From contig JAVHQC010000022.1 of assembly GCA_036170915.1 (NCBI GenBank), forward strand, positions 96,001 through 160,000: a stretch of DNA of 64,000 bases, in the 5' to 3' direction. Shown one piece after another: positions 30,514-39,663 of this stretch; the stretch's first letter is position 1, and each line of letters starts with the position of its first letter. The notes below the pieces were generated by a model that had not been told where the DNA came from, did not search any database, and was given only the letters and a program-made list of their open reading frames with translations. This DNA comes from Cyanobacteria bacterium auto_48_18. Its GTDB lineage: Bacteria; Cyanobacteriota; Vampirovibrionia; Obscuribacterales; Obscuribacteraceae. The position numbers and the translations under genes were made by a program.

Positions 30514-31608
30514 ATGTCGCAAATAAGAAAAATTATTCACGTTGATATGGATGCATTTTTCGCATCGGTCGAGCAGCGCGACAATCCGCAGTATCGCGGT
30601 CAAGCCCTTGTGGTGGGCGGTTCTCCCGATCAGCGCGGTGTAGTGGCGGCGGCCAGCTATGAAGCGCGCAAGTTTGGAATTTTTTCAGCCATGCCGGCGC
30701 GCACTGCTTTGCAGAAGTGTCTTAATTTGATTTTTGTGCGGCCACGTTTTGAGGTTTATCGTGCGGTTTCTGAACAAATACGCGAAATTTTTTATCGCTA
30801 TACCGACCTGGTGGAGCCGCTTTCGCTTGACGAAGCTTACCTTGATGTGACAGTCAATAAAAAAGAAATGGCATCAGCTACTCTAATTGCTAGAGAAATA
30901 AAAACCGCCATTGCCACCGAATTAAATTTGACCGCTTCAGCCGGAGTGTCAATAAATAAATTTTTGGCAAAAACCGCATCAGCTGTAAACAAGCCTGACG
31001 GGCTACATTTGATCACTCCTGACCAGGCAATTTCGTTCATCGAAAATTTACCGATTGAAAAATTTTATGGCATCGGTCAAGTGACGGCGCAAAAAATGCG
31101 CCAGGCCGGAGTATTCAATGGTGCTGATTTGAAAGGCTGGAGTGAAGTTGATCTTGTGCGCAAATTCGGTAAGGTAGGCCATTTCTATTACAATATCGTA
31201 CGCGGTATTGATCTGCGGCCGGTGGAGCCCAATCGTGTGCGCAAATCAATTGGTGCTGAAGAAAGTTTTGCTCACGATCTTAGCGATCGGCATTCATACA
31301 TTACCGCCCTTGAAGAAATTGCCGCTACTCTTAAGCGCCGCATGGAAAAAAGTGAAACAAGCGGCCGTACCCTCACTCTCAAAGTTAAGTATGGCGACAA
31401 TCATCAAGTCACTCGCAGCAGAACCTTCGCTGAGTCAATTGCCGTAGATGATATGTCGATGGTGGTAAAAGTGGCCCTGGAATTACTTGATACAACCGAG
31501 GTAGAGACTAAAAATGCCAGACTGCTGGGCCTTTCTCTTTCAAATTTAGACTGCGAACGGGAGCTTGAGAGTAGCGATGCTGTTCAGCTGGTGCTGGAGC
31601 TCAGCTAA
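30514..31608 (+). CDS. dinB: DNA polymerase IV
   Basis: IIHVDMDAFFASVE, ASYEARKFG, SLDEAYLD, NKFLAK, RKSIGAE. Confidence 0.97.
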   Translation: MSQIRKIIHVDMDAFFASVEQRDNPQYRGQALVVGGSPDQRGVVAAASYEARKFGIFSAMPARTALQKCLNLIFVRPRFEVYRAVSEQIREIFYRYTDLVEPLSLDEAYLDVTVNKKEMASATLIAREIKTAIATELNLTASAGVSINKFLAKTASAVNKPDGLHLITPDQAISFIENLPIEKFYGIGQVTAQKMRQAGVFNGADLKGWSEVDLVRKFGKVGHFYYNIVRGIDLRPVEPNRVRKSIGAEESFAHDLSDRHSYITALEEIAATLKRRMEKSETSGRTLTLKVKYGDNHQVTRSRTFAESIAVDDMSMVVKVALELLDTTEVETKNARLLGLSLSNLDCERELESSDAVQLVLELS

Positions 31609-31637
31609 GCTATAATGCTGCCACAAGAGGAAAGCCA

Positions 31638-31826
31638 ATGTCTAATGAACCTGTGGACAAGGACGAAACAGGCAAAGAGCAGCAGTCTGTCAAAGCCCAG
31701 ATGCAAAAGCTGCGTATGCAAAAGCGAGTGGAGCGCAAAGAGGACGGTCGTCATCTGCTCTATTACAGCTTTAGCGATGAGCAACCATTGCCTGACAACA
31801 ATCATAAACAGAAAATAGGCCAATAA
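31638..31826 (+). CDS. Small hypothetical protein leading the gal operon
   Basis: GAGG RBS; KEDGRHLLYYSF; TAATG stop/start overlap with galT. Confidence 0.65.
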   Translation: MSNEPVDKDETGKEQQSVKAQMQKLRMQKRVERKEDGRHLLYYSFSDEQPLPDNNHKQKIGQ

Positions 31827-32812
31827 TGTCTGAGAAGCGCTGGAATCCTGTGCTGGGTGAATGGGTAGTGACGGCAACACACCGTCAAGATCGCACTTTT
31901 CTACCGCCCGCCGGTTATTGCCCTCTTTGTCCAACCGCCGCTGGTGGTTTTCCCACCGAAGTGCCTGAATCGTCCTATGACTTCGTGGTTTTTGAGAATA
32001 AATTTCCCAGCCTAAAGCTCAACGCACCGGTGCCTGCCATTGTCGGCACTGAACTTTTTGCTGTTGAGCCTTCTACCGGCATTTGCGAAGTTGTTTTGTA
32101 TTCAAGTGATCACAGTGGTACGCTCACCGATCTTTCGCCAGCCAGGTTGCATCAATTGGTTAAAGTCTGGCGTGATCGCTATGAAGAGCTTGGCGCCCTG
32201 TCAGAGATTGACTATGTTTTCATTTTTGAGAATAAGGGCGAAGCAATTGGAGTAACTATTCATCACCCTCATGGTCAAATTTACGCTTTCTCTTATTTGC
32301 CTCCCAAAATCGAGCGTAAGCTCACGAACGAAAGCGAGCACCTTGAGCGTACCGGCCGTTGCCTGCATTGCGATATTGTTAAAGAGGAGCTGGCACAGGG
32401 CGTTCGCATCGTATCCGAAAGCGACCACTTTATAGCCATTATTCCTTTTTATGCCCGCTATCCCTACGAGGTGCATATTTATTCGCGCGCTCACCGCGGC
32501 TCAATGGCCGATTTTTCGGCTGATGAAGAAGCGGATCTGGCTAAAATTATGCTCGAAGTTTTGCGCAAATATGATGGCCTCTGGGGTTTCTCGATGCCCT
32601 ACATGATGGTCATGTATCAAAAGCCCACTGACGGCAAAGACTGGCCTGGTACTCACTTCCATATTGAGTTTTATCCACCATTGCGTACTCCTCAGAAACT
32701 AAAATATCTGGCCGGCTGCGAATCTGGAGCCGGTACTTTCGTCAACGATACTTTGCCTGAAGACAAGGCGCGAGAATTGAAAAATGTTCAAATCGAGGCG
32801 GTGGTCTATTGA
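31826..32812 (+). CDS. galT: Galactose-1-phosphate uridylyltransferase
   Basis: RWNP..GEWV, CPLCP, FENKG..IG.T..HPHGQ, KYLAG.E. Confidence 0.96.
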   Translation: MSEKRWNPVLGEWVVTATHRQDRTFLPPAGYCPLCPTAAGGFPTEVPESSYDFVVFENKFPSLKLNAPVPAIVGTELFAVEPSTGICEVVLYSSDHSGTLTDLSPARLHQLVKVWRDRYEELGALSEIDYVFIFENKGEAIGVTIHHPHGQIYAFSYLPPKIERKLTNESEHLERTGRCLHCDIVKEELAQGVRIVSESDHFIAIIPFYARYPYEVHIYSRAHRGSMADFSADEEADLAKIMLEVLRKYDGLWGFSMPYMMVMYQKPTDGKDWPGTHFHIEFYPPLRTPQKLKYLAGCESGAGTFVNDTLPEDKARELKNVQIEAVVY

Positions 32813-34002
32813 GTAAATTAGCTGGTTCACAATCTGATATTGCTATAGATACCTTTACCACTCGCTTTAACCAGGCGCCAAAATATTTGGTACGCGCACC
32901 TGGGCGGGTAAATTTAATCGGAGAGCACACAGACTATAACCAGGGTTTTGTTTTTCCCTGTGCCATTGATAGAGAAATGGTGATCGTAGCAAGCTGCAGA
33001 GATGATCATCGAGTGATGGCACATTCTGTCGAATACAATGAAGATGACGAATTTGATCTCGCAGACATAGACAAAATTCCTGCGCCGGAAAGACAGTGGG
33101 CCAATTACTTGCGTTCGGTTTTGAGCACTTTGCAGAAACGTGGTTATAAGCTTAGCGGCTTCAATGCAGTACTGGCAGGCAATGTGCCTCAAGGCGCAGG
33201 CTTGAGTTCATCGGCCGCTTATGAAGTCGCTGTCGCCACCGTATGCAATGGCATGGACCGACTTAATATCAGCAGCAAAGATATCGCACTGATCGCTCAA
33301 CAAGCAGAGAACGAATTTATTGGCGTGCAATGCGGCATCATGGATCAGTTTATATCGGCCCTTGGTGAAGTAGATTCGGCACTGATGATCGATTGCCGCT
33401 CGCTTGATTACAGGGCTGTACCACTGCGTTTGGAAGAGCTGGCCTGCTCTATTGTGATTGTCAATTCGGGGGTTCAGCGCGGGCTGGTTGACAGTGAATA
33501 TAATGCGCGCCGCGATCAGTGTACTGAAGGTGTAGTTGCCTTAAGTCGCTTAACTGGCCGAGCTATGGAAAGTCTGCGTGATATCGAGCTGGCTGAGTTT
33601 GAAACACATGCTGCCGCTCTTGATTCTACAGTGGCCAAACGCTGTCGCCACGTGGTCACTGAAAACAAACGCGTCACTGATGCCGTGGCTTGTTTAGAGG
33701 CAAGCAACCTCGACGATTTTGGTTTATTGATGAACGCCTCGCATGCTTCTTTGCGTGACGATTTTGCCGTTAGCTGTCCTGAAATTGATACCCTGGTAGA
33801 ACTCTCGCAAAAGTATGAAGGGGTATTAGGGGCAAGAATTACTGGTGGCGGATTTGGTGGCTGCACCGTGGCCATCATGTATGACGCCGTGGTCGAAAGT
33901 TTTATGGACACTGTTATTCCTGAATATGAGCGACTTTGTCATAAGCAGGCGAGCGTCTACATTTGTCGCGCCATGTCAGGGGCGACGCTGGTTGCACTTT
34001 AG
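32809..34002 (+). CDS. galK: Galactokinase
   Basis: APGRVNLIGEHTDYN, GAGLSSSA, CGIMDQ, GARITGGGFGG. Confidence 0.97.
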   Translation: MSKLAGSQSDIAIDTFTTRFNQAPKYLVRAPGRVNLIGEHTDYNQGFVFPCAIDREMVIVASCRDDHRVMAHSVEYNEDDEFDLADIDKIPAPERQWANYLRSVLSTLQKRGYKLSGFNAVLAGNVPQGAGLSSSAAYEVAVATVCNGMDRLNISSKDIALIAQQAENEFIGVQCGIMDQFISALGEVDSALMIDCRSLDYRAVPLRLEELACSIVIVNSGVQRGLVDSEYNARRDQCTEGVVALSRLTGRAMESLRDIELAEFETHAAALDSTVAKRCRHVVTENKRVTDAVACLEASNLDDFGLLMNASHASLRDDFAVSCPEIDTLVELSQKYEGVLGARITGGGFGGCTVAIMYDAVVESFMDTVIPEYERLCHKQASVYICRAMSGATLVAL

Positions 34003-34019
34003 TTTTTCAGACCTATATT

Positions 34020-34766
34020 CTATTCTTGAGCCTTAAGCCATTTGCTTAAATCGCCAGTCACTTCGGCTGACACAATTTGTTCGCCTTTTTTACAAAAGTT
34101 GTGATCGAGGCCGCTATACACCTTGAAGGTGGTGTTGGATCGCCCATCCAGGGCCTCCCACCAGCTTTGGAAATCGTCCGGGCCAAGTGTGGTATCAGCG
34201 GTGCCGTGCAAAATAAGTACCGGGCGTTTGATCTGTTGCATTGCTTTGGCCGGATTGTAATTGCTCTCTTTTTTCGCTTCGGCCGCTCCGGCCGCACCGG
34301 CTAGTAGTACAAATCCAGAAATATTCTGATTTGCCTCGGCAATTAAGGGAACTGAGAAGGCGCTCTTGCCGTGGGCAAGCACAAAAATATGTCGCTGGTC
34401 AATTTTTTTGTTACTTTGAAGCAATGCCACTGCCTGCAGTGCGTCGCTAGCGGTTTGCTGATTAAAGCAGTCACTTTCACCGCTCTTTTGATATGCAGTT
34501 TTGCAAGTTATCACCGCAATGTCTTTTTCTGCCAGGGCCTGGGGCACCTGTGCTGCAATTTTGCCTTGAGTGGTCTCATCTGTTAACAATATTGCCGTTG
34601 AATAGGGTCCATCGCCCACAGGGCAGGTAAGCGAAAATGTCAAAGGCCGATTTTTACCATCATTATTGGCTTGCCCATTTGTAGCTATCGCCGGGGCAAC
34701 GAAAGCAAAGAAAATGGCGAGTATGAGAATATTAACGGTGCTTGCTGTCTTGAACAAAATCGGCAT
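34020..34766 (-). CDS. Secreted alpha/beta-hydrolase-fold protein with atypical nucleophile elbow
   Basis: IDQRHIFVLAHGKSA in place of GHSxG, PVLILHGTAD, YSGLDHNF; ATG 34766 preferred. Confidence 0.75.
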   Translation of the reverse strand: MPILFKTASTVNILILAIFFAFVAPAIATNGQANNDGKNRPLTFSLTCPVGDGPYSTAILLTDETTQGKIAAQVPQALAEKDIAVITCKTAYQKSGESDCFNQQTASDALQAVALLQSNKKIDQRHIFVLAHGKSAFSVPLIAEANQNISGFVLLAGAAGAAEAKKESNYNPAKAMQQIKRPVLILHGTADTTLGPDDFQSWWEALDGRSNTTFKVYSGLDHNFCKKGEQIVSAEVTGDLSKWLKAQE

Positions 34767-34816
34767 GCTTAAATCGCTAGTTTTTAAAGATAATACGAAC
34801 ACCCAGTATATACACA

Positions 34817-36922
34817 ATGACTTTCGATCAGCCAGACCAAAACCATAATCGCGGCTCTCTAGTCGTGGGTTCTGTTATTGGCGGCACCTATCGAATTTTA
34901 GATTTCGTCGGCGAAGGCGGCATGGGTTATGTCTACAAAGCCGAACATATGATGATGACCAAAGTCATGGCCTTAAAAGTACTGCGCTCTGAGCAGGTTT
35001 CGCAAGCTGTGTGGTTGCGCTTTCGCGCAGAGGCGCAAGCGATTGCTCGCCTTGATCATGAAAATGTGGTGCGAATATATGACATGTCGCAGACTGAAGA
35101 CGGCATGCCTTATTACACCATGGACTTGCTTGAAGGCCAGTCTCTAGCCGATCATATAGACGATAATGGCCCCCTGTCTGTGGCTCTCGCGCTGCCAATT
35201 TTCGCACAAGTCTGCTCGGGGCTGGCCTACGCGCACGAACGTGGAATCATTCACCGTGATATTAAACCGGCAAATATCATGGTTACAGCTATTGGCTCCC
35301 GACACCCGAAAGTAAAAATAGTCGATTTTGGTATTGCTAAGCTAACAGCACTAGATGGTACTAGTAGTCAGGGTTTAACTCGGCCTGGTGAAGTTGTGGG
35401 CAGCCCGTTGTACATGAGCCCCGAGCAGTGTGGAGGTCAAGCCTTAGATCATCGCAGCGACATGTATTCAGTGGGCGTAACCATGTTTCAAGCGCTTACG
35501 GGCAGGCCGCCCTTGTTGGGTAAAAGTGCCATTGAAACTGCAGGTATGCATCAAACCACGGTGCCACCATCTATGGTGGAGGCCTGCGGAGAAGAGTTTC
35601 CGCCTGTGCTTGAGCAGATAGTGGCTCGCCTTCTAGCTAAAGCGCCAGCCCAGCGCTATCAGTCGCTGTCTGAAGTGGCCACATTGCTCACCAAGTTAGA
35701 GCAGAGCAGTGACCCAGAACAAGAAGAACAAGAAGAGCAAGACGAGCAAGAAGAAAGAAGGGAGCATTCATCACGTGCACTGTTTGCCAGCTCGCATCAA
35801 AATACTACAGACATAGAGAGCCAGCTTCAAAGTAAAAGAGCTATCTTGCTTGTCGCAGTCGCAGTGATGGCTTTGGGTCTTCTCGCCACCGCTGTTTTTT
35901 ATATGGCGGCGCCCAAGGAGCGCCACAATAAAGTTGATGCTACGCGCAAGCAAGTTGCCAAACTGAGAGAGGAAAATCTGGCATCAATTCTCGGAGATGT
36001 TTCAGCCGAGAATCGTGCGCCCACAGAGATAACTGTTTCACCGGAAGCCCGCCTTGCTGCTCAGGCCTGGTTGCAGAAAAAGCACGGTGCTTATGCCACA
36101 GTGCAAACCGTCGCTAATAAGAAAATGAATAGATTCGATTTTCCCAAAGATTTTAGTTTGGGTGATATTAGTTTCTCGGAGCATAGAGAGAGAGAAGGCA
36201 GGCCACCGCAGGCAGCGCGCGGAGTTTTACTATTTCCTTATGGTGCCAAGCTGAGAATGGAGCTCAATCAGATCGTCTTCGCCTATCCTCAGTTACTCAG
36301 TGGCTTTCATCCTGACGATCTTGAAAATATTGCGGCTGATATGGCTGATGGCAATAATCGAGAACTTTTCAATCAGTTTCATCGTCTCACCGGCATTCAT
36401 ACCATCGACCTGCGGGGCAGTGTATTTAAAGCCGCTGATTTTGATTCTTTAGAAAAGCTGAGCAACGTGACAAAGGCCAATTTAAGCGGCGCAAAGATTG
36501 ACTCGGAAATGCTGGCTAAGACCAAATTTTTGCGGCGTCTGAGTGTGCTTGAACTTGATTCTGTGAGCAATATTACGCCAATTCTTCGTGTCCTGGCAGC
36601 AAAAGGTGACATGGGCGTTTTAAGCTTGAATTTTTCCAAACTGACTGATGAAGATCTGGCCTTAATTGGAAGAATGAAAACTCTCTGGAAACTCAGCTTA
36701 AGGGGTACCTCTATTAAAGATAACCAGTTAGCGGTATTAGCCGACTTGGACCTGCTAACCGATCTTAATCTAGAGGGCTGCGACAGTCTGACAGAAAAAT
36801 GTATTGTTCACCTAGCTAAAATTAAGCATTTAAAGCGACTGAAAGTGCCTGAAAATCTCACTACTGAGAATAATTACTACAGGGTGAAAAAGGTTCTGCC
36901 CAGGCTAGAAAAACTCAATTAA
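34817..36922 (+). CDS. Hanks-type Ser/Thr kinase - TM - LRR ectodomain
   Basis: GEGGMG, ALK, HRDIKPAN, DFG, YMSPE; one TM; C-terminal LRRs. Confidence 0.93.
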   Translation: MTFDQPDQNHNRGSLVVGSVIGGTYRILDFVGEGGMGYVYKAEHMMMTKVMALKVLRSEQVSQAVWLRFRAEAQAIARLDHENVVRIYDMSQTEDGMPYYTMDLLEGQSLADHIDDNGPLSVALALPIFAQVCSGLAYAHERGIIHRDIKPANIMVTAIGSRHPKVKIVDFGIAKLTALDGTSSQGLTRPGEVVGSPLYMSPEQCGGQALDHRSDMYSVGVTMFQALTGRPPLLGKSAIETAGMHQTTVPPSMVEACGEEFPPVLEQIVARLLAKAPAQRYQSLSEVATLLTKLEQSSDPEQEEQEEQDEQEERREHSSRALFASSHQNTTDIESQLQSKRAILLVAVAVMALGLLATAVFYMAAPKERHNKVDATRKQVAKLREENLASILGDVSAENRAPTEITVSPEARLAAQAWLQKKHGAYATVQTVANKKMNRFDFPKDFSLGDISFSEHREREGRPPQAARGVLLFPYGAKLRMELNQIVFAYPQLLSGFHPDDLENIAADMADGNNRELFNQFHRLTGIHTIDLRGSVFKAADFDSLEKLSNVTKANLSGAKIDSEMLAKTKFLRRLSVLELDSVSNITPILRVLAAKGDMGVLSLNFSKLTDEDLALIGRMKTLWKLSLRGTSIKDNQLAVLADLDLLTDLNLEGCDSLTEKCIVHLAKIKHLKRLKVPENLTTENNYYRVKKVLPRLEKLN
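35717..35755 (+). repeat. In-frame 9-bp degenerate tandem repeat (EQE/EQD x4) in the kinase juxtamembrane linker
   Basis: GAACAAGAA GAACAAGAA GAGCAAGAC GAGCAAGAA GAA. Confidence 0.8.
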
Positions 36923-36973
36923 TATGGGCATAGAATTAGTGCTGTAAAGCCGGTAGTTCAAAATGAGGAAGTC

Positions 36974-37294
36974 ATGTTCTGCGTCATTTATCACTTCAAA
37001 GTCAAGGCTGGTCAGCAGAGCGCATTTCAGGAAGCCTGGCACGCTGTGACTGAAGACATGGTGCAGAATTTTAGATCACTGGGCGCCAGGCTGCACAGTT
37101 CTGAAGACGGCTCTTTCGTCGCCTACGCTCAGTGGCCAGATCGCGAAAGCTGGCAGAGCGGTCATTTAGTTGTGGAGGCCGAATCAAACCAGATGCATGT
37201 AGAAAATCTGTTAGACGAAATTCCCACTGTTATCTACAAAATGACAGTGATAGATGACTTGTTCCTTGGAGCCTCGTCTGGTGGTCTGATTTAG
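36974..37294 (+). CDS. Antibiotic biosynthesis monooxygenase (ABM) family protein
   Basis: VIYHFKVKAG, LGARLH, VAYAQWPDRESW; GAGG RBS. Confidence 0.82.
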   Translation: MFCVIYHFKVKAGQQSAFQEAWHAVTEDMVQNFRSLGARLHSSEDGSFVAYAQWPDRESWQSGHLVVEAESNQMHVENLLDEIPTVIYKMTVIDDLFLGASSGGLI

Positions 37295-37307
37295 TTTACA
37301 GATTTTC

Positions 37308-38438
37308 TTGAGGTTTTTCTGTAAGCACGTTTTTGAGGATAGAAGTATCAAGAGGCCCAGAACCTGGGAATTTGTTGTTATGACGCTGGGCGCCATTGTT
37401 ACTGTGGGCTCATTGATCTGGCTCAAAAATCAATCTGATGTGCACACTTTGCGGCATCAAGAAGTAATGTCTGAGATAGAAAACCTTAAGTCTGGTATTG
37501 CACCGGCTGCGCCTGTGGCGCGAGATCTCTTAGCCGCTGTTACACCAGACAATCGTGCAGTGCTGCAATTATTATCTGCCGACGACAAAAGTCGTAAAGC
37601 AGGTCTGGCTTACCTTGAGGGTCACTGGTCTAGTCATGACCCTGCTAAAGTACTAGAAATTTTGCCTTTTTTAAATGCTTCTTCTGGTGAACGAGAGCCC
37701 GTTGTGATGCTTCTTCAGCGCAAGACCGGTCAATCATTCGGCAGCGATCTGGCTGCCTGGAAAAAATGGCTGTTAGGGCGCACACCAGCCGAAAAGAAGT
37801 ACACCGATAAGAATGAAAACCTCTCATACCTTGATTTTAAATCGCTGCTTTATCACCGCTGCGACCCCCGATTTATTCATTATTTTGCTCATGCACCGAA
37901 AACCACTGTAGATGCTGAAGAGGTGAACTGGCTTGGCGTTGCTCAAACACCGGCTCTGCGCCATGCCGCACTTGTGCCTGCGGCAGCGGCTACCTATTTG
38001 AAAGACAACGATCTGGTTTTTGGAATCACGTCAGCACAAGACTCTCTTGCTTTTCCGCAGCGCATACTGGTCTGGCATAATCTCATAGAAACTAGCTGGC
38101 AAGCTGCCGGGCGGGCCACTAAGCTGTTGATTGTCTATGACTCAAGCCACCATCGGGCGCGAATTTTCGAAAGCGCAGGCGGCGATGACGAAGAAGGTTT
38201 TAGCCAAAGCGGATTTGGCTATCACGACGAGCAGTTGTTTGTTCAAGACTCTAATAAATCGCTCTGGAGCCCTAAACTGGGCGAAGTTGTGATCTCTACC
38301 ACAAAAAGCAACCTCAAGCTAAAGGCACTACCAGTAGTGGCGACAAGCTGGAGGGAGTGGAGAGCCCAACACCCGGAAACCAGCGTGTTATCGTCCAATA
38401 CAGGCTTTGACCGCGATTATGCGGCAGATTTACCTTAG
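37308..38438 (+). CDS. DUF3179-like protein, degenerate
   Basis: TPAL, YLKDNDLVFG, AFPQRILVWHNLI, SLWS, TSWREWRAQHPETSVLS.NTGF.RDY; start may be ATG 37380. Confidence 0.72.
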   Translation: MRFFCKHVFEDRSIKRPRTWEFVVMTLGAIVTVGSLIWLKNQSDVHTLRHQEVMSEIENLKSGIAPAAPVARDLLAAVTPDNRAVLQLLSADDKSRKAGLAYLEGHWSSHDPAKVLEILPFLNASSGEREPVVMLLQRKTGQSFGSDLAAWKKWLLGRTPAEKKYTDKNENLSYLDFKSLLYHRCDPRFIHYFAHAPKTTVDAEEVNWLGVAQTPALRHAALVPAAAATYLKDNDLVFGITSAQDSLAFPQRILVWHNLIETSWQAAGRATKLLIVYDSSHHRARIFESAGGDDEEGFSQSGFGYHDEQLFVQDSNKSLWSPKLGEVVISTTKSNLKLKALPVVATSWREWRAQHPETSVLSSNTGFDRDYAADLP

Positions 38439-39589
38439 TGAGCAGACTCGGCCGCCGCCACCGCTGATGGTGTTCTTGTATTAGTGGCAAAAACTGCGTC
38501 GATTCTAGGTGCCACCGCTTCGGCGGCATCTTCTCCAGCCTTGATCGCTTTTTTTAAGAGCTCATCTTTGCTGGTCATATATGACACCCCTTCGGTGTCA
38601 GGAAATATCAATACGTCGGTTTCAGCAGCTTTAGGTTTATCGGTATTGGCTAAAACAATGTCTACCACACGTCCAAGAATCTGCCAGTTTGAACGGAAAG
38701 TTTCTTTATCTACTGGATTGATTGGTGCATCTACCAGAGCGGCAATCACCAGATCAGGTTTCATGGTCTTAGCAATTTCAGAGGGCAAGTTTGCTCTCAG
38801 TGCGCCGTCTACATAAAGGTGGTTATTTATCTCTATCGGTTTGCAGATGATTGGCACACAGTTACTGGCCACAACCGATATAGGCAAATCGCCCTTAGTC
38901 AATACTTCTGTTTTTCCGTCTTCTAAATTGGTGACCACACAACCAAGCGGAATTTTTAGTTCAGCAAAAGTTGCGGGTAGCCTTTTTGCCAGGTATTTTT
39001 CGAAACTTTTTCCGGTAGATAAACCGCCGTAAGACTTGCCTTTAATCACGTGTGCAACTGGTGCCAGCGGAGCGGTTAGCACCCTCGGTGCAATTCCTTT
39101 AAACATGTTTTTTTGCAGGTCGCCTGATATAAACATCTCTTCTATTTCGTCGAGTGGAACACCAGCACAATAAAGCGCACCGATAGTTGCGCCCATACTG
39201 GTGCCGATTATGCCGTCAATGGCAATTTTGTGTTTTTCCAGGGTGCGCAAAACGCCAATTTCGGCCACTGCTTTGCACCCGCCGCCTGAGAGGGCGACAA
39301 TTACTCTTGGCCTTACCGATTTGAAGGGCTGCTTTGCGTCGCCGGTTACCTTTATGTCCGGCGAAAGTTCGTTGACGTCGCGATTTGATACTGCCGGTTG
39401 AGAAGTCGTTGTGGGGATAGTTGTGGTTTGTGACGTTGACTGCGGAATTTCGCTCGGTTGGGCACTTAGTGGTATTTGCAGCTCGTCTGCTCGAGCCGCT
39501 GGAGTAGCTATCACCACCATCATTGCAAGTGCGTTACAGAATTTTTTAGACACGTACATTTTAGACACGTACATTTTAGACACGTACAT
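38435..39589 (-). CDS. Patatin-like phospholipase with signal peptide
   Basis: ALSGGG, GTSMG, VDGA; start reassigned to ATG 39589, which avoids overlap with the His kinase. Confidence 0.9.
   Translation of the reverse strand: MYVSKMYVSKMYVSKKFCNALAMMVVIATPAARADELQIPLSAQPSEIPQSTSQTTTIPTTTSQPAVSNRDVNELSPDIKVTGDAKQPFKSVRPRVIVALSGGGCKAVAEIGVLRTLEKHKIAIDGIIGTSMGATIGALYCAGVPLDEIEEMFISGDLQKNMFKGIAPRVLTAPLAPVAHVIKGKSYGGLSTGKSFEKYLAKRLPATFAELKIPLGCVVTNLEDGKTEVLTKGDLPISVVASNCVPIICKPIEINNHLYVDGALRANLPSEIAKTMKPDLVIAALVDAPINPVDKETFRSNWQILGRVVDIVLANTDKPKAAETDVLIFPDTEGVSYMTSKDELLKKAIKAGEDAAEAVAPRIDAVFATNTRTPSAVAAAESAH
39544..39589. repeat. 15-bp perfect tandem repeat x3 at the patatin start (MYVSK x3)
   Basis: (TTTTAGACACGTACA)x3; minus strand reads ATGTACGTGTCTAAA x3. 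Confidence 0.95.
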
Positions 39590-39663
39590 AGTATGGTGAT
39601 TCTCCTCTGTCAATATGCTTCTTGCCGTCGATAATGACCGCACATATACGCAAAGGTTCCTAA

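Noticed and set aside
30499..30520. SOS/LexA box upstream of dinB
   Set aside because: Only 15 bp of intergenic sequence and no recognisable palindrome
39544..39589. 15-bp repeat as a mini-CRISPR
   Set aside because: Units are contiguous with no spacers, and no cas genes are present
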